Origin: Candidatus Micrarchaeia archaeon
GTDB lineage: Archaea; Micrarchaeota; Micrarchaeia; Micrarchaeales; CABMGC01
Assembly: GCA_049964835.1 (NCBI GenBank)
Contig: JBMFWW010000004.1
Coordinates: 1 to 44,445 of the forward strand
Reading direction: 5' to 3'
Length of the DNA stretch: 44,445 nt
The notes under the pieces are model-generated. The model did no database searches, was not told the origin of the DNA, and worked only from the letters and a program-made list of their open reading frames with translations. Below are positions 7,569 to 17,853 of the stretch, one piece after another (position 1 is the stretch's first letter; each line of letters begins with the position of its first letter). The translations under genes and the position numbers were made by a program.

Positions 7569-10500
7569 ATGTTATATCTAGATTCATTAGTAATTGATAA
7601 ATTTAAGTCTTTTAACCACTCTGAACTTAAGTTTAATGGGGGTTTTAACTGCGTAGTTGGGCCAAACGGTAGCGGAAAAAGCACAATTTGTGATGCATTA
7701 CTATTTGGTCTAGGGGAAAGTGCTGCAAGGAGATTGAGAGTAGATAGATATGATCAGCTTATTCGCGGAATAACTGAAAACGAGAAAAAGCTAAAGCTTG
7801 CCCATGTAACCTTAAATTTCAAGGGGGACGAGAATCTTACAATTTCACGTTTTATAAGAAGTGATGGAAAGACAACATATAAATTAAATGGAAAGCATAT
7901 GAAAAAGCACGAAATTCTTTCTGTATTAATGAAACATGGTATAAAAGCTGATGAAACTAATACCATATCACAAGGTGAGATAACCACCTTAGGAAATATG
8001 AAGCCTACAGAACTTAGAGAGTTGATTGATTTAGCTTCAGGAGTAAAGGAGTTTGAAAGCAAAAAGAATGAAGCAATAAAGGAACTTGAAAAAGTAGATC
8101 AAAAAATAAGCGAATCTAATGTTGTATTGCATACACAGAAAGGTTTTGTAGATGAGTTGAAAGCAGATAAGGAGCTCGCTGAAAAGTATCTAGAGATAAC
8201 TTCTAGATTGAAGGTATTAAATTATAGTATGCTATTAATAAAAAAAGAAAATGCTGAAAAGTATCTTAATGAGTTTTCTAGTACAATAAAAGCACTTGAT
8301 GTTAAATATGTTACAATAAGCAAAAAGCTAGATGATTTAAACGCTTTAATAGATTCATCAACAAAACAAAGGCAAGAACTTACAAGGCAGCTAAGTCAAA
8401 GCAATATAGAGATGGGCTCGATAAACTCAAAGCTAGAAGCAACAAATATTCAAATTGTTAAGCTTGAATCTGAAATAGAGGCGTCAAACAACGCAATAAA
8501 AGAATTAGAGCTCAATATAAAATCATTAACTGAAGAGAAAGCTTCATGCAACTTTACCATAGAATCAAACAACTCCTCAATAGCAGCTATTGTTAAAAAA
8601 CTTCAGCCGATGGAAGAAAGGCTTTCAAAAATAAAATTAAAACCTGAAGAGTTGAAATCTAACCCTAAAATAACTGAAAACCTTCAGCAGAAAAATTTAG
8701 AACTAGAAAAAAGACTTGAAGAACTAAGCAACGAAATAAACTTATTAAATAATCAAATATCTTCAGATAAAGCAACTCTTGAGTCTAAAAAAGCAGAAAG
8801 TATTTCCTATACTCAAACCTATAATTTAAAGAAAAAAGAACTTGCAGAACTTGAATCTAAATTAAAGAACATATCTAATAATCTTTCAAATAGTTTGGCC
8901 AATACAAAAAAATTGGAGCAGGAACTTTCAAAACTAGAGCAAGAATCATATGCATTGGATGAAAAGTTAATAAATCTTAGAGAGCAAAGAGCATCAATTA
9001 GGCAAAGGAGTTCATCAAATTACGATCAAATAAAAAATAACTTTTCAAACTCAAAAAGTTTCTTTGGAAGAGTATCTGATCTATTCAATTATGATTTAAA
9101 ATATATAAATGCTATAGAGTCTACTGCAGGCTCTAGAATGGATTATATAATTGTAGAAGATATTGAAACTGCAAATAATATAATAAAATACATGCGTTCA
9201 AACTCACTCGGAAGAGCATCATTTATACCACTTAACGAAATAAGAGTAAATGAGTCTAATGACAAAGAAAAGGGAATGACTCCCTTAATGAGTTTAATTA
9301 CATTTGATAAAAAATTCTTAAAGGCAATGACGTATATTTTTGGAAATACATATTTAATAGAAAGTATAGAAGACTCAAAAAAATTCGGAGTTGGTAAAAG
9401 AAGATACGTAACAATAGACGGAGACATAGTGGAGCAATCCGGAGTTGTTTCAGGCGGCTCAAGCGGAAAAAAGATATCAATATCATCAATAGAGAATCAG
9501 ATAAAATCATTTAATGATAAGAAGCAGGAGTTTAAAAATAAAATTGATGATATATCCATAGCGCTTAAAAACTCAAGAAAATCTGAGGCATTTGCAGAGA
9601 TGGAAGCAAAATCATTAAAATCTTCTGTAGAAAATATAAAAACAGAAATTGAAAAGCAATTAGAACTCATAAACGGTATTCAGTCTGAAGTATCAAGTAT
9701 AGAAAAGAATCTTTCTTTAAATAATTTAAGATGTTCAAAGCTTTTAAAAGACAAAGAGTCTATTTTTCAAGAATTTAATGAAAATAAAGAAAGATTAAAT
9801 ATTGCTTTCAATGAAGCTATGGAAATATCAAAAAGAATTGCTGAAAGTGGCCTAAACGATGAAGAGATAGCTAAAATTGAGGCATTAAGAAAAGAGTCGG
9901 AAAAATTAAAGATGGATATGGTATCACTTCAAAAAGAGAATGAACTTGTTAAGAAGAGAATAACTACAATAGACAAAGAGATAGCTACAAAATCAAAATC
10001 AATAGATACACTGATGCAAAATATAGATACATCTAAAAACAAAAAAGAAAAGCAAATATCTGAAAGAAAAGATATTGAAAAGAAGATATCTTCAGGTAGC
10101 GATGAAAGTAAAAAGATATACTCCATGCTTAATCAATTAGATGAAAAAATATCTAAATATAGTAATGAGAAAGGCCATATCTCTGCAGAAAAGTCTTCTA
10201 TAGAAAGGCAGTTGTCAGAATCAAAAATAAAGAGATCGCAGTATGAAACTAGCTTTGCAGACATCTCGGCAGAATTATCAAGTTATAAAGAAGAAATAAC
10301 ACCAATAACTGGAAATATACCTGACATGGAAAAGGAATCTATTGTTTTATCCTCAAAAATAAAAGATATGGGAAATGTGAACCTAAGAGCACCTGAAATG
10401 TATGCTGAAAGGGCAAAAGACTTAGAAAATGCTGCAGAGAAGCTTGAAACATTAAAAACAGAAAGGCAAGCGGTAATGAGAATGATAGAAGAAATAGATT

Positions 10501-10976
10501 CTAAAAAACTGCAAACTTTTATGGGTACACTAAATGATGTACTATTGAACTTCAATAAGTTGTGCAGTTATGAGTTTAAAGATAAACCGGAGATAACACT
10601 TTCAAATCCAAGCGATCCGTTTAAAGGAGGTTTGGTTATAACAGTTACTGAAAATAAAATTAAAAAAATTCTTACATCGATGTCGGGAGGAGAAAAATCA
10701 TTCATATTATTAATATTAATTATTGCAATTCATATGTGCAAGCCTTCTTCATTATATATATTTGATGAAGTAGATGCTTCTCTTGACAAAGAAAATTCCA
10801 AAAAATTATCTCATTTAATAAAACAGATGAGCTCAAACGCTCAGTTTATAGTAGTAAGCCACAATGATTCTCTAGTTTCAAGTGCGGATGTTGCAATTGG
10901 AGTTGCAAAATCAAATAATGAATCAAAGGCAGTAGGTCTTGAAATAAATAAGATACTTAATAAAATACAACAGTGA
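7569..10976 (+). CDS. smc: Chromosome segregation protein SMC
   Basis: FKSF, GPNGSGKS Walker A, SQGE Q-loop, hinge GRASFIPL...SGG, MSGGE signature, FDEVDASLD, coiled coils. Confidence 0.95.
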   Translation: MLYLDSLVIDKFKSFNHSELKFNGGFNCVVGPNGSGKSTICDALLFGLGESAARRLRVDRYDQLIRGITENEKKLKLAHVTLNFKGDENLTISRFIRSDGKTTYKLNGKHMKKHEILSVLMKHGIKADETNTISQGEITTLGNMKPTELRELIDLASGVKEFESKKNEAIKELEKVDQKISESNVVLHTQKGFVDELKADKELAEKYLEITSRLKVLNYSMLLIKKENAEKYLNEFSSTIKALDVKYVTISKKLDDLNALIDSSTKQRQELTRQLSQSNIEMGSINSKLEATNIQIVKLESEIEASNNAIKELELNIKSLTEEKASCNFTIESNNSSIAAIVKKLQPMEERLSKIKLKPEELKSNPKITENLQQKNLELEKRLEELSNEINLLNNQISSDKATLESKKAESISYTQTYNLKKKELAELESKLKNISNNLSNSLANTKKLEQELSKLEQESYALDEKLINLREQRASIRQRSSSNYDQIKNNFSNSKSFFGRVSDLFNYDLKYINAIESTAGSRMDYIIVEDIETANNIIKYMRSNSLGRASFIPLNEIRVNESNDKEKGMTPLMSLITFDKKFLKAMTYIFGNTYLIESIEDSKKFGVGKRRYVTIDGDIVEQSGVVSGGSSGKKISISSIENQIKSFNDKKQEFKNKIDDISIALKNSRKSEAFAEMEAKSLKSSVENIKTEIEKQLELINGIQSEVSSIEKNLSLNNLRCSKLLKDKESIFQEFNENKERLNIAFNEAMEISKRIAESGLNDEEIAKIEALRKESEKLKMDMVSLQKENELVKKRITTIDKEIATKSKSIDTLMQNIDTSKNKKEKQISERKDIEKKISSGSDESKKIYSMLNQLDEKISKYSNEKGHISAEKSSIERQLSESKIKRSQYETSFADISAELSSYKEEITPITGNIPDMEKESIVLSSKIKDMGNVNLRAPEMYAERAKDLENAAEKLETLKTERQAVMRMIEEIDSKKLQTFMGTLNDVLLNFNKLCSYEFKDKPEITLSNPSDPFKGGLVITVTENKIKKILTSMSGGEKSFILLILIIAIHMCKPSSLYIFDEVDASLDKENSKKLSHLIKQMSSNAQFIVVSHNDSLVSSADVAIGVAKSNNESKAVGLEINKILNKIQQ

Positions 10977-12034
10977 GATATTTGAAAAATGTAAAAAAAG
11001 ATAATTTAAACAAGAAAATAGAGCAAAACAAGAAAACAAATAATAATATTATAAATTTGACATATGTGTTGATAATAATCTTTATGGTCGCTTACATAGC
11101 AACTCAAAGCATTATTTTTGGTTTTTTATCTTTTGCACTAATAATAGCTACACTTTTTCTTGAATTCAAATCAAGTGTTACAGAGGAAGGCACAAAAAAG
11201 ACAATTATTGATATAGGTATAGTTTTAGTTGTAGTTATAATATTATTCTGGGTAATACCAACAATAGTTCTTCAATCATCCTCACCTATTAATGTTGTAG
11301 CTAGCTGTAGTATGTTGCCGAGTATACAAAGAGGAGATTTAGTTTTAGTCCATGGGATTTCAAATATGAGTTCATTTCTAAGTGAAAACAAAATACCAGT
11401 TATAAAAATATCTCAAAATGAATTATTAACATTATTCGGTAATATCACACAACAATTCATATACCCATTTCCATATATAAAAGGAAATCCTTCAGAAGTA
11501 CTATTAAAGGGCTATTATACAAACGCATCTAAATATCAAATTGGTTTATACAATGTTGAATGTATAGACGGATATTTATCAAAAGGTCTATCTAAAGATC
11601 TTTCACAGTGTTTAGCCAATACATATGAAAAAGGCAGTATAATCCAGTATAACTACTCTATTGCAAACCTCTCTTATCAAAATACAATATTCAAAGAGCC
11701 GTACATATCAAGTATAAAAATCAATAATACTGTTGTTTACGAAAATTATAGCAATCCTGTTATTGTTTATAAAACAATTCCTGGAGACAGTTTCACAGAT
11801 TCACAAATAGTTCATAGAGTATTTGCCGCTCTTCAAGTAAATAATACTTATTATATATTAACAAAAGGAGATAATAACCAAATCTTAGATATTGAGGATA
11901 TGAACTATCCTCCAAATCAAACTCAAATTATTGGTTACGTTGCACTGACAATTCCATTTTTGGGCTATCCCTCACTAATAATAAAAGGTCAATTTGGTTC
12001 TGTTCCAGGATGCAATGAAACGATATTAAGATAA
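10973..12034 (+). CDS. Signal peptidase I (Sec11-type) with large internal insertion
   Basis: VVASCSMLP (box B), RGDL (box C), IVHRV (box D), TKGDNN (box E); N-terminal TM helices. Confidence 0.85.
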   Translation: MRYLKNVKKDNLNKKIEQNKKTNNNIINLTYVLIIIFMVAYIATQSIIFGFLSFALIIATLFLEFKSSVTEEGTKKTIIDIGIVLVVVIILFWVIPTIVLQSSSPINVVASCSMLPSIQRGDLVLVHGISNMSSFLSENKIPVIKISQNELLTLFGNITQQFIYPFPYIKGNPSEVLLKGYYTNASKYQIGLYNVECIDGYLSKGLSKDLSQCLANTYEKGSIIQYNYSIANLSYQNTIFKEPYISSIKINNTVVYENYSNPVIVYKTIPGDSFTDSQIVHRVFAALQVNNTYYILTKGDNNQILDIEDMNYPPNQTQIIGYVALTIPFLGYPSLIIKGQFGSVPGCNETILR

Positions 12035-12104
12035 AGTATAACTTATATCAAAACTATATCGAACTTTATGCTAAAAATTTATTGAATTCCGATTAAAAAT
12101 AGGC

Positions 12105-12854
12105 TTAATCAGGAAGCTCTTCTTTATGTTTTTCATAAAATAGTTTTTTATAAGAATCTATAGTTCCTATATCCATCCAAATTCCTTTTGCAATAACTCC
12201 ATACACATCGGTATTTTTAACAAGCCATTGTGCAAAGTATCCTGGAGAGTCAGGATTATTCCCATCCTTTATGTACTCTTTTATTTTATTTAGATTATCT
12301 ACATTGAAGAAGTATATTCCTGTGCTTATAAATGTTCCTTTAGGATCACTTGGTTTTTCACAAAATTCAACAACTTTATCTCCATCTAACTCCACAACGC
12401 CGAATCTTTTTGCATCATCCAATGATTTTACATCATAAATACAAAGAACCGGACCGTTTTTATTGTAGAACTTATCCTGTAATTCTTTTAAACTAAACTC
12501 ATAATAGTTGTCTCCCGCGATTATTAAAAGATCATCATTTAATTTTGCATTTTCGATAGTATGCAATATACTTCTTATTGCACCTAACTTAACATTATTA
12601 TGTAGTGCAGGTTCTACTACAAGTTCAATTTTTCTTTTACCTAAAAGATTTTTATTATTTAACCAGTATTCAAATTGATCTGCAAATTTTTTGTTTGTTG
12701 ATATAACTATGCGGTTTATATTTAATCTTTCAATATCTTCTATAATATAATCAAGAAGTGGTTTTCCTCCTATGGGAAGTAGATGTTTAGGTGTAAATTG
12801 GGTTATAGGCTCCAATCTTGTAGCAAACCCTCCACATAATATTAGTGCATCCAT
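12105..12854 (-). CDS. Sugar-phosphate nucleotidyltransferase
   Basis: ILCGGFATRLEP...PKHLLPIGGKP, GDN, EKP, WMDIG. Confidence 0.92.
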   Translation of the reverse strand: MDALILCGGFATRLEPITQFTPKHLLPIGGKPLLDYIIEDIERLNINRIVISTNKKFADQFEYWLNNKNLLGKRKIELVVEPALHNNVKLGAIRSILHTIENAKLNDDLLIIAGDNYYEFSLKELQDKFYNKNGPVLCIYDVKSLDDAKRFGVVELDGDKVVEFCEKPSDPKGTFISTGIYFFNVDNLNKIKEYIKDGNNPDSPGYFAQWLVKNTDVYGVIAKGIWMDIGTIDSYKKLFYEKHKEELPD

Positions 12855-13002
12855 TATTAAGACCAATAATTATACTTTGTTATCTATATTCATATATAAA
12901 TGTTGCTATTTGTTTTTCGTAACAATTTATGTAGTACCTATGTTTATATTACTTACAAAAACTTATTTATTAATATATTGGTAAAATATGTTTGGTGTAA
13001 GT

Positions 13003-13473
13003 ATGATAACATTAGGAAACAAGATACCAGAGATAACATTGGTTGATACCGATCTTAATAGAATTAGTCTAAAAAATGAAGTAAAAGGCCCTACATTATT
13101 AGCTTTCTTTCCGGGCGCATTTACCGGAGTTTGTACAAAGGAACTATGCACATTTAGGGATAACATCTCAAAGTTTAATTCAATAAATGCAAAGGTTATA
13201 AGTATAAGCGTAGACGGACCATTTTCAAATAAGGCATTTAAAGAAAAGAATAACCTTACCTTTCAGGTTCTAAGCGATTATAATAGAGAAGCTGTAAGAT
13301 TATTTGGTGTAGAACTTAATAATTTTGCAGGTCTTAACGGATACACAGCAGCAAAGCGTTCTGTATTCTTAATAAATAAAGACGGAGTTGTAAGTTATGC
13401 GTGGATATCTGATGATCCTACAGTAGAACCAGATTACAATGTTATAATGTCTGAAATTCAAAAGTTAAAGTAA
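13003..13473 (+). CDS. Peroxiredoxin (BCP/PrxQ-like)
   Basis: FFPGAFTGVCTKELC PxxxTxxC motif, ISVD, AKRSVF. Confidence 0.92.
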   Translation: MITLGNKIPEITLVDTDLNRISLKNEVKGPTLLAFFPGAFTGVCTKELCTFRDNISKFNSINAKVISISVDGPFSNKAFKEKNNLTFQVLSDYNREAVRLFGVELNNFAGLNGYTAAKRSVFLINKDGVVSYAWISDDPTVEPDYNVIMSEIQKLK

Positions 13474-13513
13474 TGTATTATTTAAGCATTTATTAGTTAA
13501 TTTATTCAGAATG

Positions 13514-13599
13514 TGCAGGGGGTGAGATTTGAACTCACGGATCCACAAAGGAAACAGGCCCTGAACCTGTCGCATTTGACCAAGCTCTGCAACCCCTGC
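13514..13599 (-). tRNA. tRNA-Leu(CAG)
   Basis: Reverse complement GCAGGGG...ACAGG-TTCAGGG-CCTGT, long variable arm, GTGAG-TTCAAAT-CTCAC, CCCCTGC A. Confidence 0.95.
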
Positions 13600-13648
13600 T
13601 TTAATCTGTGTTTATATACTTTTTATACTTTAAATATATAATGGTTTT

Positions 13649-14815
13649 ATGCTTATAGGATTAGTTGGTGCACCTAATAAGGGCAAGAGTACATTATTTT
13701 CAGCATTGACTACAATAGAGGTCGGAATAGCTGATTATCCATTTACTACAATAAAGCCAAATCTAGGAACGACATATTTTACAAAAGAGTGTCCAGATAA
13801 AGCATTAGGATTAAAATGCATGCCTAGGAATTCTTTATGCGTCAATAATATTAGAAGAATACCAATCTCAATAACTGATATCGCAGGATTAGTCCCTGGA
13901 GCTAGCCTTGGAAAAGGTATGGGCAACCAATTTCTGAGCAATATAGTTGGAGCGGACGCATTAATATTAGTTGTTGATTTAACTGGCGAGACTGATTCTA
14001 GTGGCAATAAGACACAATTTTATGATCCATATTTAGACATAAAAATGATAAGAGAAGAGCTTAAATTTTGGTTAAGTGAGATAATTAAAAAACACATGGG
14101 AACATTATCAAAAAGCAAAGACGGTATAACTTCTATTAAAACCTTATTATCCTCTTTTAAAGCAACTAGCAATCAAGTAAAAGAAGCAGCAGAACTTTCA
14201 AATTTATCACTTTCATTCATATCCTGGGATGATAAAAACATAGAGCTATTTTCAGAAAAGTTTCTTTCATTAAATAAACCAATGGTCATAGCCGCTAATA
14301 AATTAGACCTTTCAAGTGGCAAAGTACTTACCGAATTAATCGAAAAGGTACCTGATTTAAAGGTAATTGGTTGCTCAGCAGCAATAGAACTTGCACTGAG
14401 AAAAGCAGAAAAATCAGGAGTAATAGAGTATGACATCAATAAATCCTCATTTAATATAAAAAGTGCAGAACCCGAGCAAAAGAGAGCATTGGATTTTATA
14501 TCAGAATACCTTAGTAAGCACAATGGTACGGGTGTTCAAGAGTTAATAAATTATGTAACTACAAAACTACTAAAGCAAATTGTTGCATATCCAGTTGAAA
14601 ATGATACTAAATATACAGATCATTTTGGAAATGTACTGCCAGATGCAATTTTAATGACGCAAGGCAGTACTGCATTAGATCTAGCTTCAAAAATACATAC
14701 TGATCTTGCTGAAAAAATGATTTATGCTATCGACGCAAGGAAAAAAAGTAGAATTTCAAAAGAATATTTATTAAAAGATAACGATATAATAAAAATAGTT
14801 AGCGCAGCAAAATAA
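13649..14815 (+). CDS. ychF: Obg-family YchF/Ygr210-like GTPase with TGS domain
   Basis: GAPNKGKST, YPFTT, DIAGLVPGA..GKGMGNQFL, NKLD, IHTDL. Confidence 0.9.
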   Translation: MLIGLVGAPNKGKSTLFSALTTIEVGIADYPFTTIKPNLGTTYFTKECPDKALGLKCMPRNSLCVNNIRRIPISITDIAGLVPGASLGKGMGNQFLSNIVGADALILVVDLTGETDSSGNKTQFYDPYLDIKMIREELKFWLSEIIKKHMGTLSKSKDGITSIKTLLSSFKATSNQVKEAAELSNLSLSFISWDDKNIELFSEKFLSLNKPMVIAANKLDLSSGKVLTELIEKVPDLKVIGCSAAIELALRKAEKSGVIEYDINKSSFNIKSAEPEQKRALDFISEYLSKHNGTGVQELINYVTTKLLKQIVAYPVENDTKYTDHFGNVLPDAILMTQGSTALDLASKIHTDLAEKMIYAIDARKKSRISKEYLLKDNDIIKIVSAAK

Positions 14816-14869
14816 TATAATTTACAAAGAAACCATTTTAAGCTTTTACAGACAAAATATAGTGATGCA

Positions 14870-15784
14870 ATGCGAGTAAATAAGCAAAATAATAAACTAT
14901 TTGTATATATCTCTTCAGATGTAATAAACTCCTTAAATTTAAAAGAAAATGATGAGATAGAATTCTTACCTTTTAATAACAAATCATTTCTAATAGCAAA
15001 AAAGAATGATCTTACAGCTTTGCTTACTGGAAGTATACAAAATAAGCCAGAAATTATTGAATCTCAAAAGACATCTCAAAACATAACACAACAAAATCAA
15101 AATACTTTATCGAAAATATCAAATGAAGAAATAATTGTGCTTAAAAAACTTGATGAATTGAGGTATACCAACAGAACAGTCGAGAATGTAAATAAAATAC
15201 TTGATGTTAAGTTCAGATCTGTGCTTCAACAACTTCTAAAGAAAAAAGCAGTTTTTTTGCTAAAAGACAAAGATGGTAAAGAACACTACAGCATATCAAA
15301 ATATGTTTATGACACATTCTTAATGAGAAAGAAAACAAATTCTAATTTAGAGCAATCAAAGCAGATTTATAATAACCCACAAACAAAAAGTTTTAATAAT
15401 GCGAATTCAAGATTTTTTTATTTAAAGAAAATACCAGAAGAACAGGAAAATGCAGAAGTAGAGTATCTTGATAAGAATGGGTATATTGTTCTTCAAACTG
15501 AGGCTGAAGCTGCAAGCATATCTAGTCATCTAGAAGAAAGCATAAGACAAGGTATGATTCTTGGCACAAGAGCCTTTAATAAAAAGTTCTATATTGTTAC
15601 AAGATCATTTTTTGAAAAGTATTCTGCTAATATTATAAAATCCTTAAGGCAAAATCCTATGAAGGTATCTGAGATTTCAGAAAAAGAAGGATTAAATGAG
15701 GACGCAGTTAGAGGCATATTATACTTACTTTCTGAAGCTGGAGATATACGAGAGCAAAGGCGTGATGTATTTTCAATAGCATAA
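14870..15784 (+). CDS. Hypothetical DNA-binding protein: AbrB-like N-terminus plus winged-helix-like domains
   Basis: VYISSDVINSLNLKENDEIEF (AbrB pattern); C-terminal MKVSEISEKEGLNEDAVRGILYLLSEAGDI (wHTH pattern). Confidence 0.6.
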   Translation: MRVNKQNNKLFVYISSDVINSLNLKENDEIEFLPFNNKSFLIAKKNDLTALLTGSIQNKPEIIESQKTSQNITQQNQNTLSKISNEEIIVLKKLDELRYTNRTVENVNKILDVKFRSVLQQLLKKKAVFLLKDKDGKEHYSISKYVYDTFLMRKKTNSNLEQSKQIYNNPQTKSFNNANSRFFYLKKIPEEQENAEVEYLDKNGYIVLQTEAEAASISSHLEESIRQGMILGTRAFNKKFYIVTRSFFEKYSANIIKSLRQNPMKVSEISEKEGLNEDAVRGILYLLSEAGDIREQRRDVFSIA

Positions 15785-15794
15785 TATATCAAAT

Positions 15795-17504
15795 TCACAG
15801 ATGATTTTTATTTTCAACAAAATAATCTCCTATAAACATGTATCTTGTTTTAGTGTCATTTGCAGCAATTATTACGTCTTCAGGTTCCATCGCTATTGGC
15901 ATACCATGTATGTTTAAGCTTGTATTAAGAACTACACCTATACCCTCAAATTTTTTAATATGCTTTAGAAGTTGCATATAGCTTTTATTTTCAATTCCAA
16001 CCATCTGGGGTCTTGCTGTTTTATCAATATGCATGACTGAGTTCATTTTTTCAACAAATGGCTCCTTTACTCTGTAGGCCATAGTCATAAATTTATTATA
16101 ACGACCGTTAGAATTTTCAAATATTCTATCCTTTTCTTCTTCTAATATGGAAGGTGCAAATGGTTGGAACCACTCTCTTTTCTTAACAAATAAATTTAAC
16201 CTATCCTTCACCTTTTCGGAACTTGCTTTTGCTATAATACTCCTATTTCCAAGGGCTCTAGGTCCATACTCCATTCTTCCCTGAAACCAAAATAAATAAT
16301 TATCATTTCTTATCAACTCTGCAGCGTGCTTTGTTTTTTCGTTAGGGTCTTCAAGCTCGAAATAAAGATTTTTATGTTTTTTAAGCTCTTTTTTAATGTA
16401 GTCATCGTTGTACTCATTTCCTAAATATGCATTGTCAAAAGTATATTCTGATATCTGATTTAGTTTATAATTTACTGACATTGCTGCGCCAAGCGCTATT
16501 CCTCCATCTCCCATATGTGGAAATACAAAAATATCTTTTATTCCAGTTTCTTCTCTAATTCTCATATTTGCTTTTACATTTGACATTGTGCCTCCTGAAA
16601 CACTAAAATACTTAAGGCCATATTCGCTATTTAAATTTTTAAAATATTTAACTAATACTTCTTCGAGAAGCTGTTGCGACATATACGCAAGTTGTTCTCT
16701 TGGAGTGTTCCATGCAATTTTAGAAAGAACTTTATACTGTTTTATTGGTCCATACTTTGCTTTTATATCTATTCCATTAACTTCAAATAGTGTCTTTAAT
16801 TTATTATCTTTAAAAGAAAAAGGATATGAGTAATCTGCCATAGCCATTATCTTTCCTTCATCTTCAAGCTCTCTCATACCTAATATGTTAGTTATCTGCT
16901 CATAAAATATGCCTATTGAATTTCTTGCTGATATCTCATGTTCCTTAGTTATAGTATTATTTTCATATGTTGAAATAGAAGAACACTTACCATCTCCTAC
17001 TCCATCAAGCGTAACGATAAGCTGCTTCTTAAATCCGGATGTAAATGCAGCAGTAGCCGCATGAGCTTCATGATGATCTATAGCATAAAGTTTAAAATCA
17101 CTAAATCCCATAGTTTTCAAAGATTTAGAAACTTCGTACTTACTAATTGTTGAGCAAAGCGGTAGAACACCTATACTTGTCATTGCGTACTTTTGATAAT
17201 GCATAAGATTTTCAAAGTTGGGTTTTTGCATTTTTCTTCTTCTAAATTTATAATAATACTCTTTTTGAGCAGGAAAAATTCTTGATATTGTTTTTGTAAG
17301 TTCTAAAGTAGGAAAAGCTATAGTTTTTACATCCTTCGGAGATATTTTTGCAAAATTTAATGCTGCTCTTATTGAGTTATATGGAAATTTTATTTCTAGC
17401 TTTCTTTTTGTAAATCTTTCTTCATTTGCAGCATAAAGTATCTTATTATCCTTTATTAATGCTGCTCCGGAATCGTGTCCGTCCCATATTCCTAATATAT
17501 ACAT
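15795..17504 (-). CDS. NodU/CmcH-family O-carbamoyltransferase
   Basis: GHDSGAAL, EERFTKRK, HHEAHA, DGVGD, EGKIMAMA, GRMEYGPRALGNRSI, KKREWFQPFAPS, LNTSLNIHG. Confidence 0.93.
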   Translation of the reverse strand: MYILGIWDGHDSGAALIKDNKILYAANEERFTKRKLEIKFPYNSIRAALNFAKISPKDVKTIAFPTLELTKTISRIFPAQKEYYYKFRRRKMQKPNFENLMHYQKYAMTSIGVLPLCSTISKYEVSKSLKTMGFSDFKLYAIDHHEAHAATAAFTSGFKKQLIVTLDGVGDGKCSSISTYENNTITKEHEISARNSIGIFYEQITNILGMRELEDEGKIMAMADYSYPFSFKDNKLKTLFEVNGIDIKAKYGPIKQYKVLSKIAWNTPREQLAYMSQQLLEEVLVKYFKNLNSEYGLKYFSVSGGTMSNVKANMRIREETGIKDIFVFPHMGDGGIALGAAMSVNYKLNQISEYTFDNAYLGNEYNDDYIKKELKKHKNLYFELEDPNEKTKHAAELIRNDNYLFWFQGRMEYGPRALGNRSIIAKASSEKVKDRLNLFVKKREWFQPFAPSILEEEKDRIFENSNGRYNKFMTMAYRVKEPFVEKMNSVMHIDKTARPQMVGIENKSYMQLLKHIKKFEGIGVVLNTSLNIHGMPIAMEPEDVIIAANDTKTRYMFIGDYFVENKNHL

Positions 17505-17575
17505 AAAACCAGTAAATAATAACATGGATTACTATTTAAATTATATACCTAATTTAATTGTATGTATGCTATTAT

Positions 17576-17731
17576 TTACAACAACAAGAAATGATCTAAT
17601 AGTACTATCAAAACTGCAAAAGCAAATACGGTAATAAGTACAAATTTTGGATTCATTAGCGGTCCTCTTTCAGGTGCATCATAAAAACTCATTATGCCTG
17701 CTTGCTGTGTAGGTGTAGATAATGTTGCCAT
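17576..17731 (-). CDS. secG: Preprotein translocase subunit Sec61beta
   Basis: 51 aa MATLSTPTQQAGIMSFYDAPERGPLMNPKFVLITVFAFAVLIVLL...; AGI..F.D + P + TM signature; GTGAT RBS. Not in ORF track. Confidence 0.9.
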   Translation of the reverse strand: MATLSTPTQQAGIMSFYDAPERGPLMNPKFVLITVFAFAVLIVLLDHFLLL

Positions 17732-17853
17732 TTTAATCACATACATATTGTTGATTAATTATAAAAAGCTTTCAGTCTAACATTTTTATTTAACAATGCT
17801 TAATAATAAATACTTTTAATAAAATAATATACACGATTTTAATAAGTGCTAAA

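Noticed and set aside
11350..11800. Signal peptidase insert as an intein
   Set aside because: No C/S start block, no HN-C/S/T end and no LAGLIDADG motif visible.
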